Positions 24,632 through 37,036 of a stretch of 64,000 nt of DNA are shown one piece after another. Under the pieces are notes generated by a model, which saw only the letters and a program-made list of their open reading frames with translations, did no database searches and was not told the origin of the DNA. Source of the DNA: Neodothiora populina (taxonomy: Eukaryota); the NCBI RefSeq assembly GCF_041146345.1, contig NW_027191409.1:1488001-1552000 (forward strand). Direction: 5' to 3'. The position numbers were made by a program, and so were the translations under genes. Each line of letters opens with the position of its first letter. Position 1 is the stretch's first letter.

Positions 24632-26853
24632 GAGTGCAGCAATTATGGAAACAAGGGACAGTACCTTGCTGAGCCAGAAGGCTTTAGGGGCTAACTAGGT
24701 AATGAGCAGGAGCAAGTGAGTCAGTTGGATCAAGCACAACAATCTCAGACCAGGACAATCCTTATAGCGGCGAAAACTTAGCGCATACCGTAGAGTGGAA
24801 TTAAAAAACAAAACTTCTGGAGGCTTCTGCAATATCGACCGCCGTTTGAGACTCCAGGTGGTAGCAGATACAGTGATGTCTGAGCATCATGGGGCACATC
24901 ACCCCTCATAGGCCCGCTTAATTTAGGGATGTTGCGGCCAGAGCGGGAGTGCCTGCCGAAAGTGGTAATTGTGATTACATCCCCGCGCATCGGTCGTGTC
25001 CACCTGCGATTTGCATAATATTCTGCTAACTTCCATCGTGAGTGCAGCATGTCTAGCTGTAGTCGTTGTACTGCTCTTGCTATTATGAGCTGTGAAAAAT
25101 ACAAGCAGATGGACGACACTGAATGTAACACGCGAGTCAAAAGACAGGATAACGACCGGCATTTACTGTTTTAAGGTGGGTCTATACTAAACTTCTGCAC
25201 GAGTGTCTACAGTAGGTTGTACACTGGAGAGTGCTGGAGGATCCAGATTTCGACGGTGCAGTATTGCACCGGATACCGGTAGTTATTCAGTATTATCAAG
25301 CCGTCACTCTGAGTGAGACAACGACAAAATTCCTTCGTGAATATATGGCCGAATACACTCAACGTATGATATATCAGCAAGGGGGGAAAAAACCATGTCC
25401 GCCGCGTCCTGTTACAGACATTCACGAAGCATTGAGCGACCACGACAAAGACGTCGCTGAGTTTCTCACTACAGCTGTGGTTCGGTCATCTAGGCCAGAG
25501 ACGGAAGTCAGTAATCGTTAACCACCAAGGACAAATCGAGCTCAGTATGTTCTTCTCTCTTCTACAAAACCGGCTTCAGGACGTCTGCATATGAGCTCAA
25601 CGGTTCTGTCGCGATTAGAGATTAGAACTGCCGACCTTACTACTAGAATATGAAACCTTACACAGGCAGATCCGGAGAGGATTCTGATGCATGTCGATGT
25701 CCGAATGAGCTAACTCGATATGTAGTAATGATCGAAGGATGATGCAGTGTGAGAAAGTCAGAGCGGCTAGTGATACACCACTGTACAGCATCGATATTCT
25801 GTCACTGAACCTTGACAACATGGCATGTCCGGAAGGAGCGAGCTCCAGAGTTTGCTGTACGTTCACTTGTTTCATGTCGATCGAGCGGCTGGTATGCGCC
25901 TATGGCAACACCAAAAACAGAGAAGGTGAGAAACTTCTTCTCCGGAATCACCAGCCCCCGTTATTCCGAGATTATCTCAGCATCATCAAGAGTGTCTTGA
26001 ACTTTCGCCGGAGGGTTGGCTCCTCGAGCTTTGAGCCGGACATTTCGAGAGCGCCAAACTCGGTTCAGTGGCTTACATGTATTGTTGTGGTTGGATCGGC
26101 AGATAGCGGAAGCGGGACAGGCTTTGACAGTCAACGATAGGCGCCTGCTCGAGCGCACAGCGTGGGGTGCAAAAGCTTGAACGCAACTCTCAAAGACGAA
26201 CCAATTGCATACAAAGGACAGCAATAAATTAGTCGGTAGGCCAGACGCATGGAGAACTCACAGATATCACGTAAGTCTGCAAAGGAATACGATGAAGCTC
26301 CCCGCATTGATCCGCATTCTGTGTGAATCCTCTGGTTCGATCGCGATACAACACGAATACAATGGCTGGCGCTATGCCTGTTCCTTGGAGCGGTGGAGCG
26401 GGCGGTTGAAGGCCGGAGGATGTGATTGGTGGGGCGTCGACTGTCCAAGGTTGCATGCGGTACCCAGCCGCTCGAAGCGTGTGAGTCCTGCTTTCATGTT
26501 CAGATTGTGGGACAGAGTTATGCCCAGCCATTCTTGTTTTTTGCCGAATCATGGCACAGTGGCTTGCTGCCTTCTTTTCTGCTTTCAGGGACGATTAATG
26601 GCGACAAACGACATCGATATAGATATGTAGATAGCATCATCTCCCCTCGCGCGTTGCGCACAGTTCAACAGTCATCCCTGGATTAGATTTACAATACAGT
26701 AACCTCTGTGCACCACAGCTCCTTGAACCCAGCACGCACGTGAGAAAGGAATCAACGGTCCGGGATAGGGAAGAGTTTCATCTCAATCACGGAAACAAAC
26801 GTCGTTAATATCGAGCTAAAGCCTGCCTCCTTTTACTTAGCGACCGAAACAAT

Positions 26854-29424
26854 ATGGCCCAAGCTGCCTCTCCCATCCCAGCTGGCCAACATCATCTCTA
26901 CCGTGTTGATCATCTGCCGACCTTTCGACCACCGCGCCGTACCTTGACAACTTCACAACAGCAGCGAAGGCGTGTTTTTTTAAATTCTTACCATCATCAT
27001 CTTCCCCACAAATATCATGAACTAGACTATTCGAATTCTCTTTCTGTCCATCCTCACGAGGCCCACTCTCCATCTTCATCTGTCTCTTCTTCGTCTTCTT
27101 TAACATTATCGTCATCTTCATCACTATCGTCGTCATCTTTGTCTTTGTTTTCGACTCCACCGAGCTCAACTCTCAGGAACCCTGCAAGTCCTCGGTCTTG
27201 CGTCCACTCTTTTCCAATCTCTCGAAACATGCCAGTAGCAGTAGAAAGTGCACACCATAATGATGCGCTCCCGGGTTCTCCGCCAGACCTGACCGAGTCC
27301 AAATCATCAAAGTCGTCGGGTTCCTTTCGTACATCTTGCCTGACGGATACCACTGGACCCGAGAACCTCTCTCACTTTGAGGAAATTGCCCTTGCGGATT
27401 CGAGCCGCAGTTCCGTTGACGTTCAGCACCACAACATCGTTGAGCCCAAGGCTATGACCAAACCAGCACAGAAGAGACATACGACCGGCCCGGTCTACAA
27501 GCACAATGGCGTCCAGTCCGTCGACACGTTCAGAGATACGACGAACATCAAACGTCCTCGCTATCCTGGTCTGAAATCAAACATCAATGTCGTTGTACAG
27601 GAGCAACATCGCACCGCACCTCAACCCCGAGCCCTGCGAAGAGGCTTCACGAGTCCGTCTGCAATCACCATCGGAACCATGTCACTCTCTTCAGCACGAG
27701 ACCAGTCTTCATCTCGATCTCCCTCTCCCAGCGGGCGCATGTCGAACAATGGCTCTCTATCCCCCCACTCTATAGGCTCTCGCTCAAACAGCTTCAGCAG
27801 CAATCACCGCAACTTCACGCGCCGAGCGTCAATGCAACCTCGAAAGACGATCCAGGAACTCGAGGAAGAATACCATGACTCGGATGAAGAAGTGCCTGAA
27901 GATGCTGTCATCTGGAACGTCCCAATCTCTCCTCGACCACCTTTTGGAGCTTCCACACCCTCCAGTCCCAAGCGCTCAACATCTGGCACCTATCTTGCGC
28001 CCGAGCAAGCCTCTCATTCATCTCTGCCTCGCGCCGATGCTCCGCCCTCTCCGAGAAGGCCAGGCCTGCCCCACAGTGCAACTGTCGCAGCCTTCCCTCC
28101 GGACCAAATCTCTCTCCGAGCGAAAGGACGTACCAAGTCCTGGACACAAGATCTCAGTGACGAAGCACGCGAATTGACGGCCGCCCTAGAGGCTCATGCC
28201 GAAGAAGAACGTCTGCAAGGGGAACAGCAGCGGAGTTCGCCCTCGGCTCAATCGAGCCTCGATAATAACAAACTGCGCACGAAAACCACCGTCATCGAGT
28301 TGCCTCCGTTACAGAAAGGCAACATCATGATTGATCCGTTACCGATCTCCAAAGAAAAGGAAGCTGTCTTGACACGCACCCGTCCCTCATGGCTGCCTCC
28401 TAAATCACAAAAGGAAGAGAGAAAACATCTCAGGGAATGGGAGCAGATGATGGCCAAGGCAGCCGAGGCCGAGAAACGTCGAAGCCAGAGGGAGGCTGAT
28501 GAGGCAAAGAGCAAAAAGACCATGACCTACAGTCTCGCCAAGATCTGGGACCAGCACGTTTTGCCGGACTGGGACAATGTCATAAGACAGCCACGCACTC
28601 GCGAGTTGTGGTGGCGAGGCATCACTCCCAGAAGTCGCGGTCTTGTTTGGGCCAAGGCCATCTCGAATGAACTTTCACTGACTCAAGCATCCTATGATGC
28701 AGCACTTGGGCGAGCAAAGGCACTTCAAGCATCAATTGCCGATCTTCCCATCGACGAGCAGCAGAAACACAAGGACGGCGCCTGGATATCTGCAATCGCT
28801 AGAGATGTCCCGACCGTCTATCCAGAGACTGGCATATTTAGCAAGGGCGCCGCACTCCACGACACGTTGATGGATGTCCTCCTTGCCTATTCCGCTTACC
28901 GATCTGATGTGGGATACGTTTACGGCACGCATACTATCGCTGGACTGCTTGTACTGAACCTCTCGGCCTTCGAGGCCTTCGTCGCCTTGGCTAATCTCTT
29001 GAATCGACCCATGGCCCTTGCCTATCTCGTCAACGACAATGCTGGAATCAAACGCGCACAGGCAATGGTTCTCGCGACATTAAAGTACAAGATCCCCAAG
29101 CTACACGCGCATCTTGCAGACGAGAAGACAGACGTAGAGCCTGGAGAATGGCTGAGTCCGTTCCTCATGACCATGGGTACAATGCACCTCGCTCCTGAAG
29201 CATGTTCTCGATTGTGGGATGTCTCTGTGTTCGAGGCAGACAAGTCTATCGTCCGTGCTGCGATCGGTGTCCTTTCTCTGCTTGAGAACAAGCTATACGG
29301 GAATCGTGAGGAAATCTTGTCATTACTTGGCTGGGGAGCTGAGAAATGGTCATTCGGCGAAGAAGAGTTCATGACAGCCGTCAGAGAAGCTGGCAAAGTC
29401 AGCACCCCTCAAGAGAAGAGATAA
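26854..29424 (+). CDS. TBC/Rab-GAP domain protein (start may be 27229)
   Basis: RTRPSWLPPKSQKEE, ELWWRGITPRSRG.VW, IARDVPTVYP, YRSDVGYVYG, RLWDV; long Ser/Pro-rich N-terminus; intronless. Confidence 0.9.
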   Translation: MAQAASPIPAGQHHLYRVDHLPTFRPPRRTLTTSQQQRRRVFLNSYHHHLPHKYHELDYSNSLSVHPHEAHSPSSSVSSSSSLTLSSSSSLSSSSLSLFSTPPSSTLRNPASPRSCVHSFPISRNMPVAVESAHHNDALPGSPPDLTESKSSKSSGSFRTSCLTDTTGPENLSHFEEIALADSSRSSVDVQHHNIVEPKAMTKPAQKRHTTGPVYKHNGVQSVDTFRDTTNIKRPRYPGLKSNINVVVQEQHRTAPQPRALRRGFTSPSAITIGTMSLSSARDQSSSRSPSPSGRMSNNGSLSPHSIGSRSNSFSSNHRNFTRRASMQPRKTIQELEEEYHDSDEEVPEDAVIWNVPISPRPPFGASTPSSPKRSTSGTYLAPEQASHSSLPRADAPPSPRRPGLPHSATVAAFPPDQISLRAKGRTKSWTQDLSDEARELTAALEAHAEEERLQGEQQRSSPSAQSSLDNNKLRTKTTVIELPPLQKGNIMIDPLPISKEKEAVLTRTRPSWLPPKSQKEERKHLREWEQMMAKAAEAEKRRSQREADEAKSKKTMTYSLAKIWDQHVLPDWDNVIRQPRTRELWWRGITPRSRGLVWAKAISNELSLTQASYDAALGRAKALQASIADLPIDEQQKHKDGAWISAIARDVPTVYPETGIFSKGAALHDTLMDVLLAYSAYRSDVGYVYGTHTIAGLLVLNLSAFEAFVALANLLNRPMALAYLVNDNAGIKRAQAMVLATLKYKIPKLHAHLADEKTDVEPGEWLSPFLMTMGTMHLAPEACSRLWDVSVFEADKSIVRAAIGVLSLLENKLYGNREEILSLLGWGAEKWSFGEEEFMTAVREAGKVSTPQEKR

Positions 29425-30262
29425 CAAGAGCAATCTACGCTCGAAACGACATACTTGTGTGTGTCTCTATTCCTCTGTGTGGACACCACCAACAACCCTC
29501 CTATAATGTTTTAACGAGTGCAGGAAAGCCAACATCAAAAAAGAATGAACTTTGCGAAGCAATCATTTTTGTCGTCTATTAGAGGATGCTTCGTTTGATT
29601 CGTTCATTTCCTATTTTCTTTCCTTTTGCATTTTCTCTCCTTTCACATTCCCAGCCTACAGGGACACTTCGATCCTTTTACTTCTATGTTCATTATTATC
29701 TATTCCTTTCCGCCCATCTGGCTGCCCCAATATGCATAGCTGTACAGCAACTTACTTATCAGCTGTATAGTTGGATTGAGGGCGCAGTTGATGGTGGAGA
29801 GCGTCTCTTTTGTGTCATAGCCTCTCCTTTAGGCTTTCACCTTTCGAGGAGCCTCATTTTTTTCTTTGATCTTCACTTCTGCTGGTGTTCACGGGTTTTC
29901 ACATTGTCTCATGGGCAACGCCTGGAGGCTGGCTCTTGTTCTGCATCTTTGCTCTTCCTAGCGTCGGAACCCGAAAGATAATGTACAGATCTAAACCACC
30001 AAAACAAACACATGTCCCAATTTCTAGCTTTGGCATGTAATGAGAGAAAATATAGCGACAGGAGAGAAGGGTAAAATTAGCTGGCACATGTCGGCGCTTT
30101 TGTCCCTGTCTTGTCGCAGGCAGACGAATCAAAGCCGATGTTCACACCTACCTTCTTCATGCTCCTGCCTTTTCTCCGTTTGCCGAGTGAGCCAAGTACA
30201 AGTAACGAATGCTCTGCAGAGGTGAGGTTCTCCTAGACAATACAATCAACAGGGAAAGACTA

Positions 30263-31375
30263 TCAAAGCCCAACAAGTCTACTTGCAGCCTCCCTGAGCA
30301 ACCTCACACCGTCCTCTCTAACCTGCCTCGTAATGTCCCCCGCAGACATGACCTCCCTAATCAAGCCCACCCCAGTGCCAGCATACGTCGTCAGCCTAGC
30401 CGCCTCCCCATCCCACCCCTCGCCCTTCAACGCCTCCTCATAGCGCCGTTTATTCTCCTCCCAATCCACCCCGGCCTCAAAGTCCCGATAGCTAGCATTC
30501 ACCACTCCCCGGCCTCCATAGCCAGCCGGCCAATCTGTCGTTCCGCGCAGGGTATCGTAGACGCCGGACCTGATTGTGCTGGTGCCGCCGTCCGAGGCCG
30601 CTAGCACGGCGTTGCGGTAGCCTGCTGAGATGTTCGCTTCGGGGGAGGCGAGGTAGCGCGTCCCTAGGCATATTCCTGTGCAGCCGAGTGTGAGGGCGGA
30701 TGCTAGGCCCCGGCCGTCGGTTATGCCGCCTGCGGCTATGAATGCTGGTTGACGGGGTTGTTTCTGCTGGGGAGCGGATGATCTGCTGCTGCTGCTGCTG
30801 CTGCTGCTGCGTACGGCGTCCATGACTTCTGGGATCAGCGTGATGAGTCCCGCACCTTTACTTGCGCCGTGGCCGCCTGCGTCTGTGCCTTGGATCACTA
30901 GGACATCGGGATCCGCGAGGTCGACTGCGGATAAGGCTTCTGCTACCGAACACACCTGGATCCAGATCTTGGTTTTGTTCTTCGTGGCGGTCCGGATCGA
31001 CGTGCTCCATTCTGCGAGATCGGATTGTTCGCGTGGTGCGAAGAGCCAGATTGCGGCGGGGATGTTGCCTGCTTTGCTGATTGCGTCGAGGGTTTGCTCG
31101 AGGGAGGCGCCCCAGAGGAGGAAGCCGATGCCTATGGGTAGGACGTCTGGATCTGTGGTTGCCAAGGGTGGAGAAGACGATGATGCTAGGAGATTACGGG
31201 TTTCATCGAGCATAGAGGAGAGAGTGCTTGTGTCGCTGCCTGCGCCTAGGAAGCCTATCCCTCCTGCTTGGGAAACGGATACTGCTAGAGGTGCGAGGGT
31301 TATCAGACGCATTGGGGCACAGGTGACGAGTGGCTGTTTCGTCCATGGGTAGCCTTTTGATAATGATTCGTCCAT
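30263..31375 (-). CDS. Nitronate monooxygenase / 2-nitropropane dioxygenase-like FMN enzyme
   Basis: APM, AVSVSQAGGIGFLG, QGTDAGGHG, IAAGGITDGRGLASALTLG..G...GTRYLASPEA, YAGTGVGLI. Confidence 0.92.
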   Translation of the reverse strand: MDESLSKGYPWTKQPLVTCAPMRLITLAPLAVSVSQAGGIGFLGAGSDTSTLSSMLDETRNLLASSSSPPLATTDPDVLPIGIGFLLWGASLEQTLDAISKAGNIPAAIWLFAPREQSDLAEWSTSIRTATKNKTKIWIQVCSVAEALSAVDLADPDVLVIQGTDAGGHGASKGAGLITLIPEVMDAVRSSSSSSSSRSSAPQQKQPRQPAFIAAGGITDGRGLASALTLGCTGICLGTRYLASPEANISAGYRNAVLAASDGGTSTIRSGVYDTLRGTTDWPAGYGGRGVVNASYRDFEAGVDWEENKRRYEEALKGEGWDGEAARLTTYAGTGVGLIREVMSAGDITRQVREDGVRLLREAASRLVGL

Positions 31376-32428
31376 GACTCTGTCGACTACCAGGAAGAGA
31401 ATCGAAGTGTTAGGAGAGTATAGAGAAGTATAGATGAAAGCTATAAACTGTACTTTCCCCGTATCTTGCTATGTTCCACAAAGCCGATGAAGTGACCAAA
31501 AAGAGCGACGAAGCAAAGCAATGATGCTGCAAATCAGAGACCCAAGTGAGTATCAGAAACCTACTAGGATCGTGAATCTTACATATCAAAAAGGCAGAAG
31601 TGTCAAGCCGGAAGTTGATCTCACTATCCTCGGCAACAGACACAAACACGACACACAAGTAGCACAAGAGGAGGAGGTTTACCGTCGCTACAGGCTGCGG
31701 ATGACTTGCATTTACCTCCGCAAGAGGTCCAAGGCATCCCACATCCCCGCGATGACGCTGTGCTCTGTGTTGCTTTTCCGCGGGAAAATGAACACCTCCG
31801 TCTGCCCATCTCAGTAGTGGAGCTTAAGTCCTGTTACGCCGCTGCTGCCACCACCGCCGCCCGGCAAAAAACCACAGCTTGGCGGCGGCGGGCTCTCACG
31901 TCCGCGCGCGACTTCGTTATTGATGATATACCATAAGCTGTGATGCACTTTAGTTGCACTCTCACTTCAGACCATCATTCCCTGACATTGTATCTCTTAT
32001 TCTTCTGCACAAAGCGCTTGCTCTCGCTCTTTACTTGTCCATTTGTGAATAAAAGAGCTAGCTGAGGTTTTGTTTTGGATATAATATAAAAGTTGAAGTT
32101 GGAAAGAACAAGAATATAATCTCACAGGATGAACGCACCCGATAGGTATGCCTTTTTCTTCTTCTTGTTTTCGTAATGCTTTGCTGTGCGTGGGTCTGGC
32201 ATGTGCGAGTGTAGCAGTGCACTGTACGATGCTATAGCTGTACTGCGCGATGGTTCCTGCCATTTGCGAACGTGGACGTGGTGTGGTGTGGTGTGGTGCG
32301 CCTGCCTAATACAACACATGCGCCCCGAAGCGACGGTCACTTCCACCTGGACATACATAAAAAGAAAGACGAGGCAGCAAATCCATCACCTCCACGCATC
32401 AATCACAACCCTCTTGCTATCCGCGACC

Positions 32429-32924
32429 ATGGAGGAACAGCAAGCACCCCAAGAAAACGCAAACTACAAAGACCCAGACCAGCCAGGAACTGACGATATA
32501 CCCTCCAGGTTCGAGCTCTTCCTGCTCGACGAAGGCCAGAAGAAGATCACCTGGGTGCCCGAGACCCGTACGTGCCCCTGCCGCCCTCCCCCGCTTCCAC
32601 CAGAAATACCAAACTAACCATCCCCCCCTAGGCGTCCCCAACGCCGCCCTCTTCACGCTCAACAAAGAAGACCACACGCTCGGCAACCTGCTGCGCCACT
32701 ACCTGATCAAATCGCCCAACATCCTCTTCGCAGCCTACAAGACGCCCCACCCGCTGTTCGCGAGCATCGAGCTGCGCGTGCAGACGGATGGCGAGCTGAG
32801 CCCCAAGGACGCTGTCATCAAGGCTTGTGCGGATATTGTGCAGGACTTGCAGAGGCTGGATCAGGAGTTTACCAAGGAGTGGGAATTGAAGAAGATTGCG
32901 GGCGAAGGAAGGATGGATTTGTGA
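32429..32924 (+). CDS. RPB11: RNA polymerase II subunit Rpb11
   Basis: PSRFELFLLDEGQKK, NAALFTLNKEDHTLGNLL, FAAYKTPHPL, LRVQTDG. Intron 32568-32631. Confidence 0.96.
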
Positions 32925-33681
32925 TGAGGGACTTTTTACTTCCTTCAGGGGTGGTCAGGAGACTGATCTCACTTTTTTCCGCCTCGTGGATCCTAGGGAG
33001 AGCGCACTTCTCGCCTAGGACAGGGAGGTGGAGAAAAGACGTCGATGAGTGTGACATGCGCGGTCTAAGGTAGTGTTGTGAAACGAGCAAAAGACTGCCA
33101 CATAGCGAAAGCACGGGTTAGGAGTTTTTAAGGATGGAGTTCTTGTGGGGGGTTTCCACTTCTTTGCTTGTCTATTCTACTATGATTCACTTCAAGATAC
33201 CCGCCAAAAAAAGAGAGGAAATGTTCATGACGGGGAAGTCTCGCGAATAGAGCGAAAAAATTCCATTTGTCTTATGCGATACAATACATTGCATTATAAC
33301 ACGCTGCTCGAACAGTCCTCGGTGATTTTTCATGTCTTTCGATTTTTTTTTCGGAAGAAGGTACTTTGTATCATATGCGTTTATTCCTTTATATCATGGG
33401 ATATATAAACCCTGAACAAAACCAATCAGAATTTGATCTATGGTATGTATTACTTTCTCTTCCCCAATCTTTTCTGTTCTTCTTTCGGTCCCCGGATATA
33501 TTCCAGTACAACAGCTGGACGTTGTGGATGCCTTGGGAATGTAACGTGTCTTAGATGTGACCTGAGTCTAGGAGTTATCGCTGCTTGCGTTTTGTTTCTT
33601 CCGTAATCTCGAAAGGAGATGAAATAAAAAGGCAAAAGGTACTGAATTCCAACAGCATTTGACTAGTCAGCTGGCCAACGC

Positions 33682-34830
33682 TTAGACTGTCCTCGTGTTG
33701 TCGATCTTTGTGATCAGGATATCACGAGCGCCAATGTCCCAGAGGTCGTCCATGATCTGGCCCTTGACGTTGTTGGGGATCATGACGCTGACGGCGACCC
33801 AGCCCTCGTCGTCGAGGGCGTTGACGGTCGGGGCGCGTCTGCCGGGAGCGATCTTGGTGGCGGCGGCGAGTTGATCTCGCTTGATGTTGTATGTGCACAA
33901 GACGTATTTCTGGGCGGTGATGACACCCTGGATGCGGGCGCGGATGCGCTCGACGAGTTCTGGGTTCGATGGCTGCTTGGAGCTGATCAACCAGGCGCCG
34001 GTCTCCATCACTGTTGAAATTGCCTTGAGGCCTGCTGCGCGCATTGTCTCGCCGGATTCTGGGTAGGGGTACAAGTCAGTGACATGATGATGCTAACACA
34101 GAGACGGAGACTTCGACTTACCGACGAGATCGACAATGCCGTCCGCGACACCGAGAGCGCATGCTGCCTCAACAGAGCCGCCAACATACTTGACGTTGGT
34201 CCTCAGCTTCTTCTCGCCGGCTCCGTTCGCCTCGGTCTCGCCATCCTGCTCGGCTTCGAGCTTCCTGAAGTAGGCCTCGGTCAAGTTGGTGAAGCTGGTG
34301 ACGACGTTCTTTCCGATGAGGTCTCTTGGGTCCTTGACGGATCCGTTCTCCGGCGCTTGCACTTGCAGCTTGCACCTTCCGAAACTAAGGTCGAGGATCT
34401 CTTTCACGCCGGTCTTATCGTTGGGAGGGAACTGGGCCTCGTATTCTGCGATTGTGTCTTGACCAGTGATGCCCAGGTCGACGCGGCCTTCACTCACGAA
34501 GGTAGGAATGTCGGCTGCGGGAAGAAAGATGAGGGCAATGGGCAGGTTCTTGACCAATGCAATGTCCAGACGGCTGTAGCGGTGGAACTGGATATCGGAG
34601 CCGTGAAGGAGGTCAAGACATGCTTGGTGGAGACGACCCTTCTTGGGGACTGCGAAGAGCAGGCGATCGGTGAGGCTGGAAGGCGCAGATCAGCAATCCG
34701 GGCGGGTTGAGAAAAGGAAGGTGCGCGCTGTTGCTCCCATGATCCGCGGGCTGCTCGCAGATGGGACTGCAGCTGATGTAGCTGAATTGCAGACACTGGG
34801 CTTGACAACGTACTGGTTTACCAAATCCAT
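33682..34830 (-). CDS. HIS1: ATP phosphoribosyltransferase
   Basis: MDLVNH|LTDRLLFAVPKKGR, FLPAADIPTFV, GSVEAACALGVADGIVDLV|ESGETM. Introns 34813-34676 and 34121-34059. Confidence 0.97.
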
Positions 34831-35044
34831 GCTGACTGTGACTCTATCGTGAATTCGTTTGCTCTAAAGGTGGGACTTTTTGCAATCAGCACAAGAGACA
34901 AGTACAGGGAAAGCGACTTGGGAGAGATCAAAGATGATGGGTAAAGATAATAGTGAGATCCGGAACCCAGTGATATGAACCCCAAGAGGAATTGGGCACC
35001 TGTTGTCGCAGTCTGGCTGTATGCCCCATCTGACACTCGGCGGT

Positions 35045-35268
35045 ATGACTCTTGATTCTTCAAACACAACGTGGGGCAGATGGTTGGACCAAAGATGCAC
35101 ATTTCAGACATGGCAAATTCAGGGACTTACAGTTGAGATTTGTGGATAGTAACACGCAGAAATCGAAGTAATCAAGTGGCCAGGTATAGACAAGAGTCAA
35201 TGGGCTTGCATGAACAAAAGCATCACCTTTTCTATTACCTTAGCAATTCTCACGATTTGTCTTGACTC
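35045..35268. promoter_or_regulatory. Gcn4/CpcA (cross-pathway control) sites upstream of HIS1
   Basis: ATGACTCTT 35045-35053, GAGTCA 35194-35199, TGACTC 35263-35268, plus TGACTC at 34839. Confidence 0.65.
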
Positions 35269-35677
35269 TGTCAGCCAAAGACAGAAAGAACATCTCCGTC
35301 ATTTTGCGGCGCGGGATCGGAGGTCGGCGATGCATCTGGTAACTCGCCGAGCCTCCATTGTTCACCTCGAGGAAGGTGCACGGTGCTTGTAACAAGATAC
35401 AGCACCTCACAAGTACAGAAGCTTGGCACGAGTGAGGATTGGCCCGTGCTTCAGCTTGCAGGTGCACGTCAGTCGCAGTTGCCTCTGATGGAGTCTGTGT
35501 AGACAGTGTACCTTCCTGTACAGTAAAGGTATAGCACCAGCCTATTGTATACCATCCACAACTCCGCCATCACTTCCAGCAAATATACCCATCGCAGAGA
35601 TTAGCTTCCATCTAGATTGACCACTTGCGCGAACTCCCTGATAGACAACCACCATCCACATACGGTCCTTCCCCAAA

Positions 35678-36539
35678 ATGGCTTCGACAATCACAGTGTC
35701 CGCCGTGACAGGCGAGCCAGGCTACTCCTTCTCACAACCACGACAGACGATTGCCGGATCTGGCATCACACAACACGCAGGCTTCTACCCGTATGTCATA
35801 TGCCCCAAGTCTGCTTCCTCATCAATATCTGTTGCTGACTTTGATCCACAGATACACAGACAACGGTGGTAGCACACTGGGCATCTCCGGCTCAGACTTC
35901 ACCATCATTGCAGGCGACACCCGCCACACCTCTGGCTACAACATCAACACACGCTACGCACCCAAGCTCTTCCGCATTGGAGGTGAAGGTCCCGAACACA
36001 AAGGCAGCAAGATCGTCCTGAGCGTCGTCGGTTTCGCAGCAGATGGCCACGCTCTCGCCGAGCGGCTGGACACGATCGTCAAGATGTACGGCTACCAACA
36101 CAACAAGCCCATGAGCATTGCTGCCTGCGCTCAACGGCTCAGCCACATCCTATACAATAAGCGCTTCTTCCCTTACTATGTCACTGCCATTCTTGGCGGT
36201 ATCGATGAGGAAGGCAGAGGTGCTCTCTACTCGTATGATCCTGTCGGCAGTTACGAGAGAGAGCAGTGCAGAGCTGCAGGCGCCGCTAGCAGTTTGATCA
36301 TGCCCTTCTTGGATAATCAGGTCAACAACAAGAACCAATATATTCCTGGAAGCGGGACTGGACACGCCCTGCAACAGAAACCTGCTGTGCCTCTAGCCAG
36401 AAAGGATGTCGAGGAGATTGTCAAAGACGCATTCACGTCTGCCGTCGAGAGACATATCGAGGTTGGTGACGGTCTTCAGACCATGATCATCACGCGAGAC
36501 GGCATCCAAGAATCCTACCACGACTTGAAGAAGGATTAA
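35678..36539 (+). CDS. PRE7: 20S proteasome subunit beta-6
   Basis: FYP|YTDNGGSTLGISG, KRFFPYYV, YSYDPVGSYERE, FTSAVERHIEVGDGL, LKKD*. Intron 35791-35851. Confidence 0.97.
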
Positions 36540-37036
36540 GGAGAATGAAGTACACGAGTTGCGCGATACGATGGGACTGGGTCACAGTGTACTACTAGAC
36601 GCGGAATTCAATGCATGGCGCGTGGTGCTAAACCAACAAACAGCAAGGACAGAGGCTAATGAGTGCTCGTTCGTAATCGCCAAAGAGCTAGACGGTAGAG
36701 GTAGCCCATTGCATCTGTGCCATCCCTTAATTTTCTGTCCGATTCGATGCTCTCTTCCGTGACGCTCGCATCATGCTCTGCCGTATTCAGATTTTATCGT
36801 GGAATATCTACATGTTCGGGGTCCCACATGTGGCTCGCTAAAGGTTGGTCTCGCCGTTGTCGTTCGTCTTCGTCATCGTCGTCCTGAATACCGTCTTACG
36901 TTTGACTCATCCACGACTGATGACCTCGAGAGCAGTGCTCGTTACTGAAGACATCGCATCAATGTCGTTCCTGTAAATTTCCCCAAAGATCAGATCGCAG
37001 AAACCAACGAATACGCTCTGTTCCGTTTCAACCACA

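Noticed and set aside
34735..34766. Hairpin in HIS1 intron 1 as a riboswitch
   Set aside because: Short imperfect stem; no TPP aptamer consensus.
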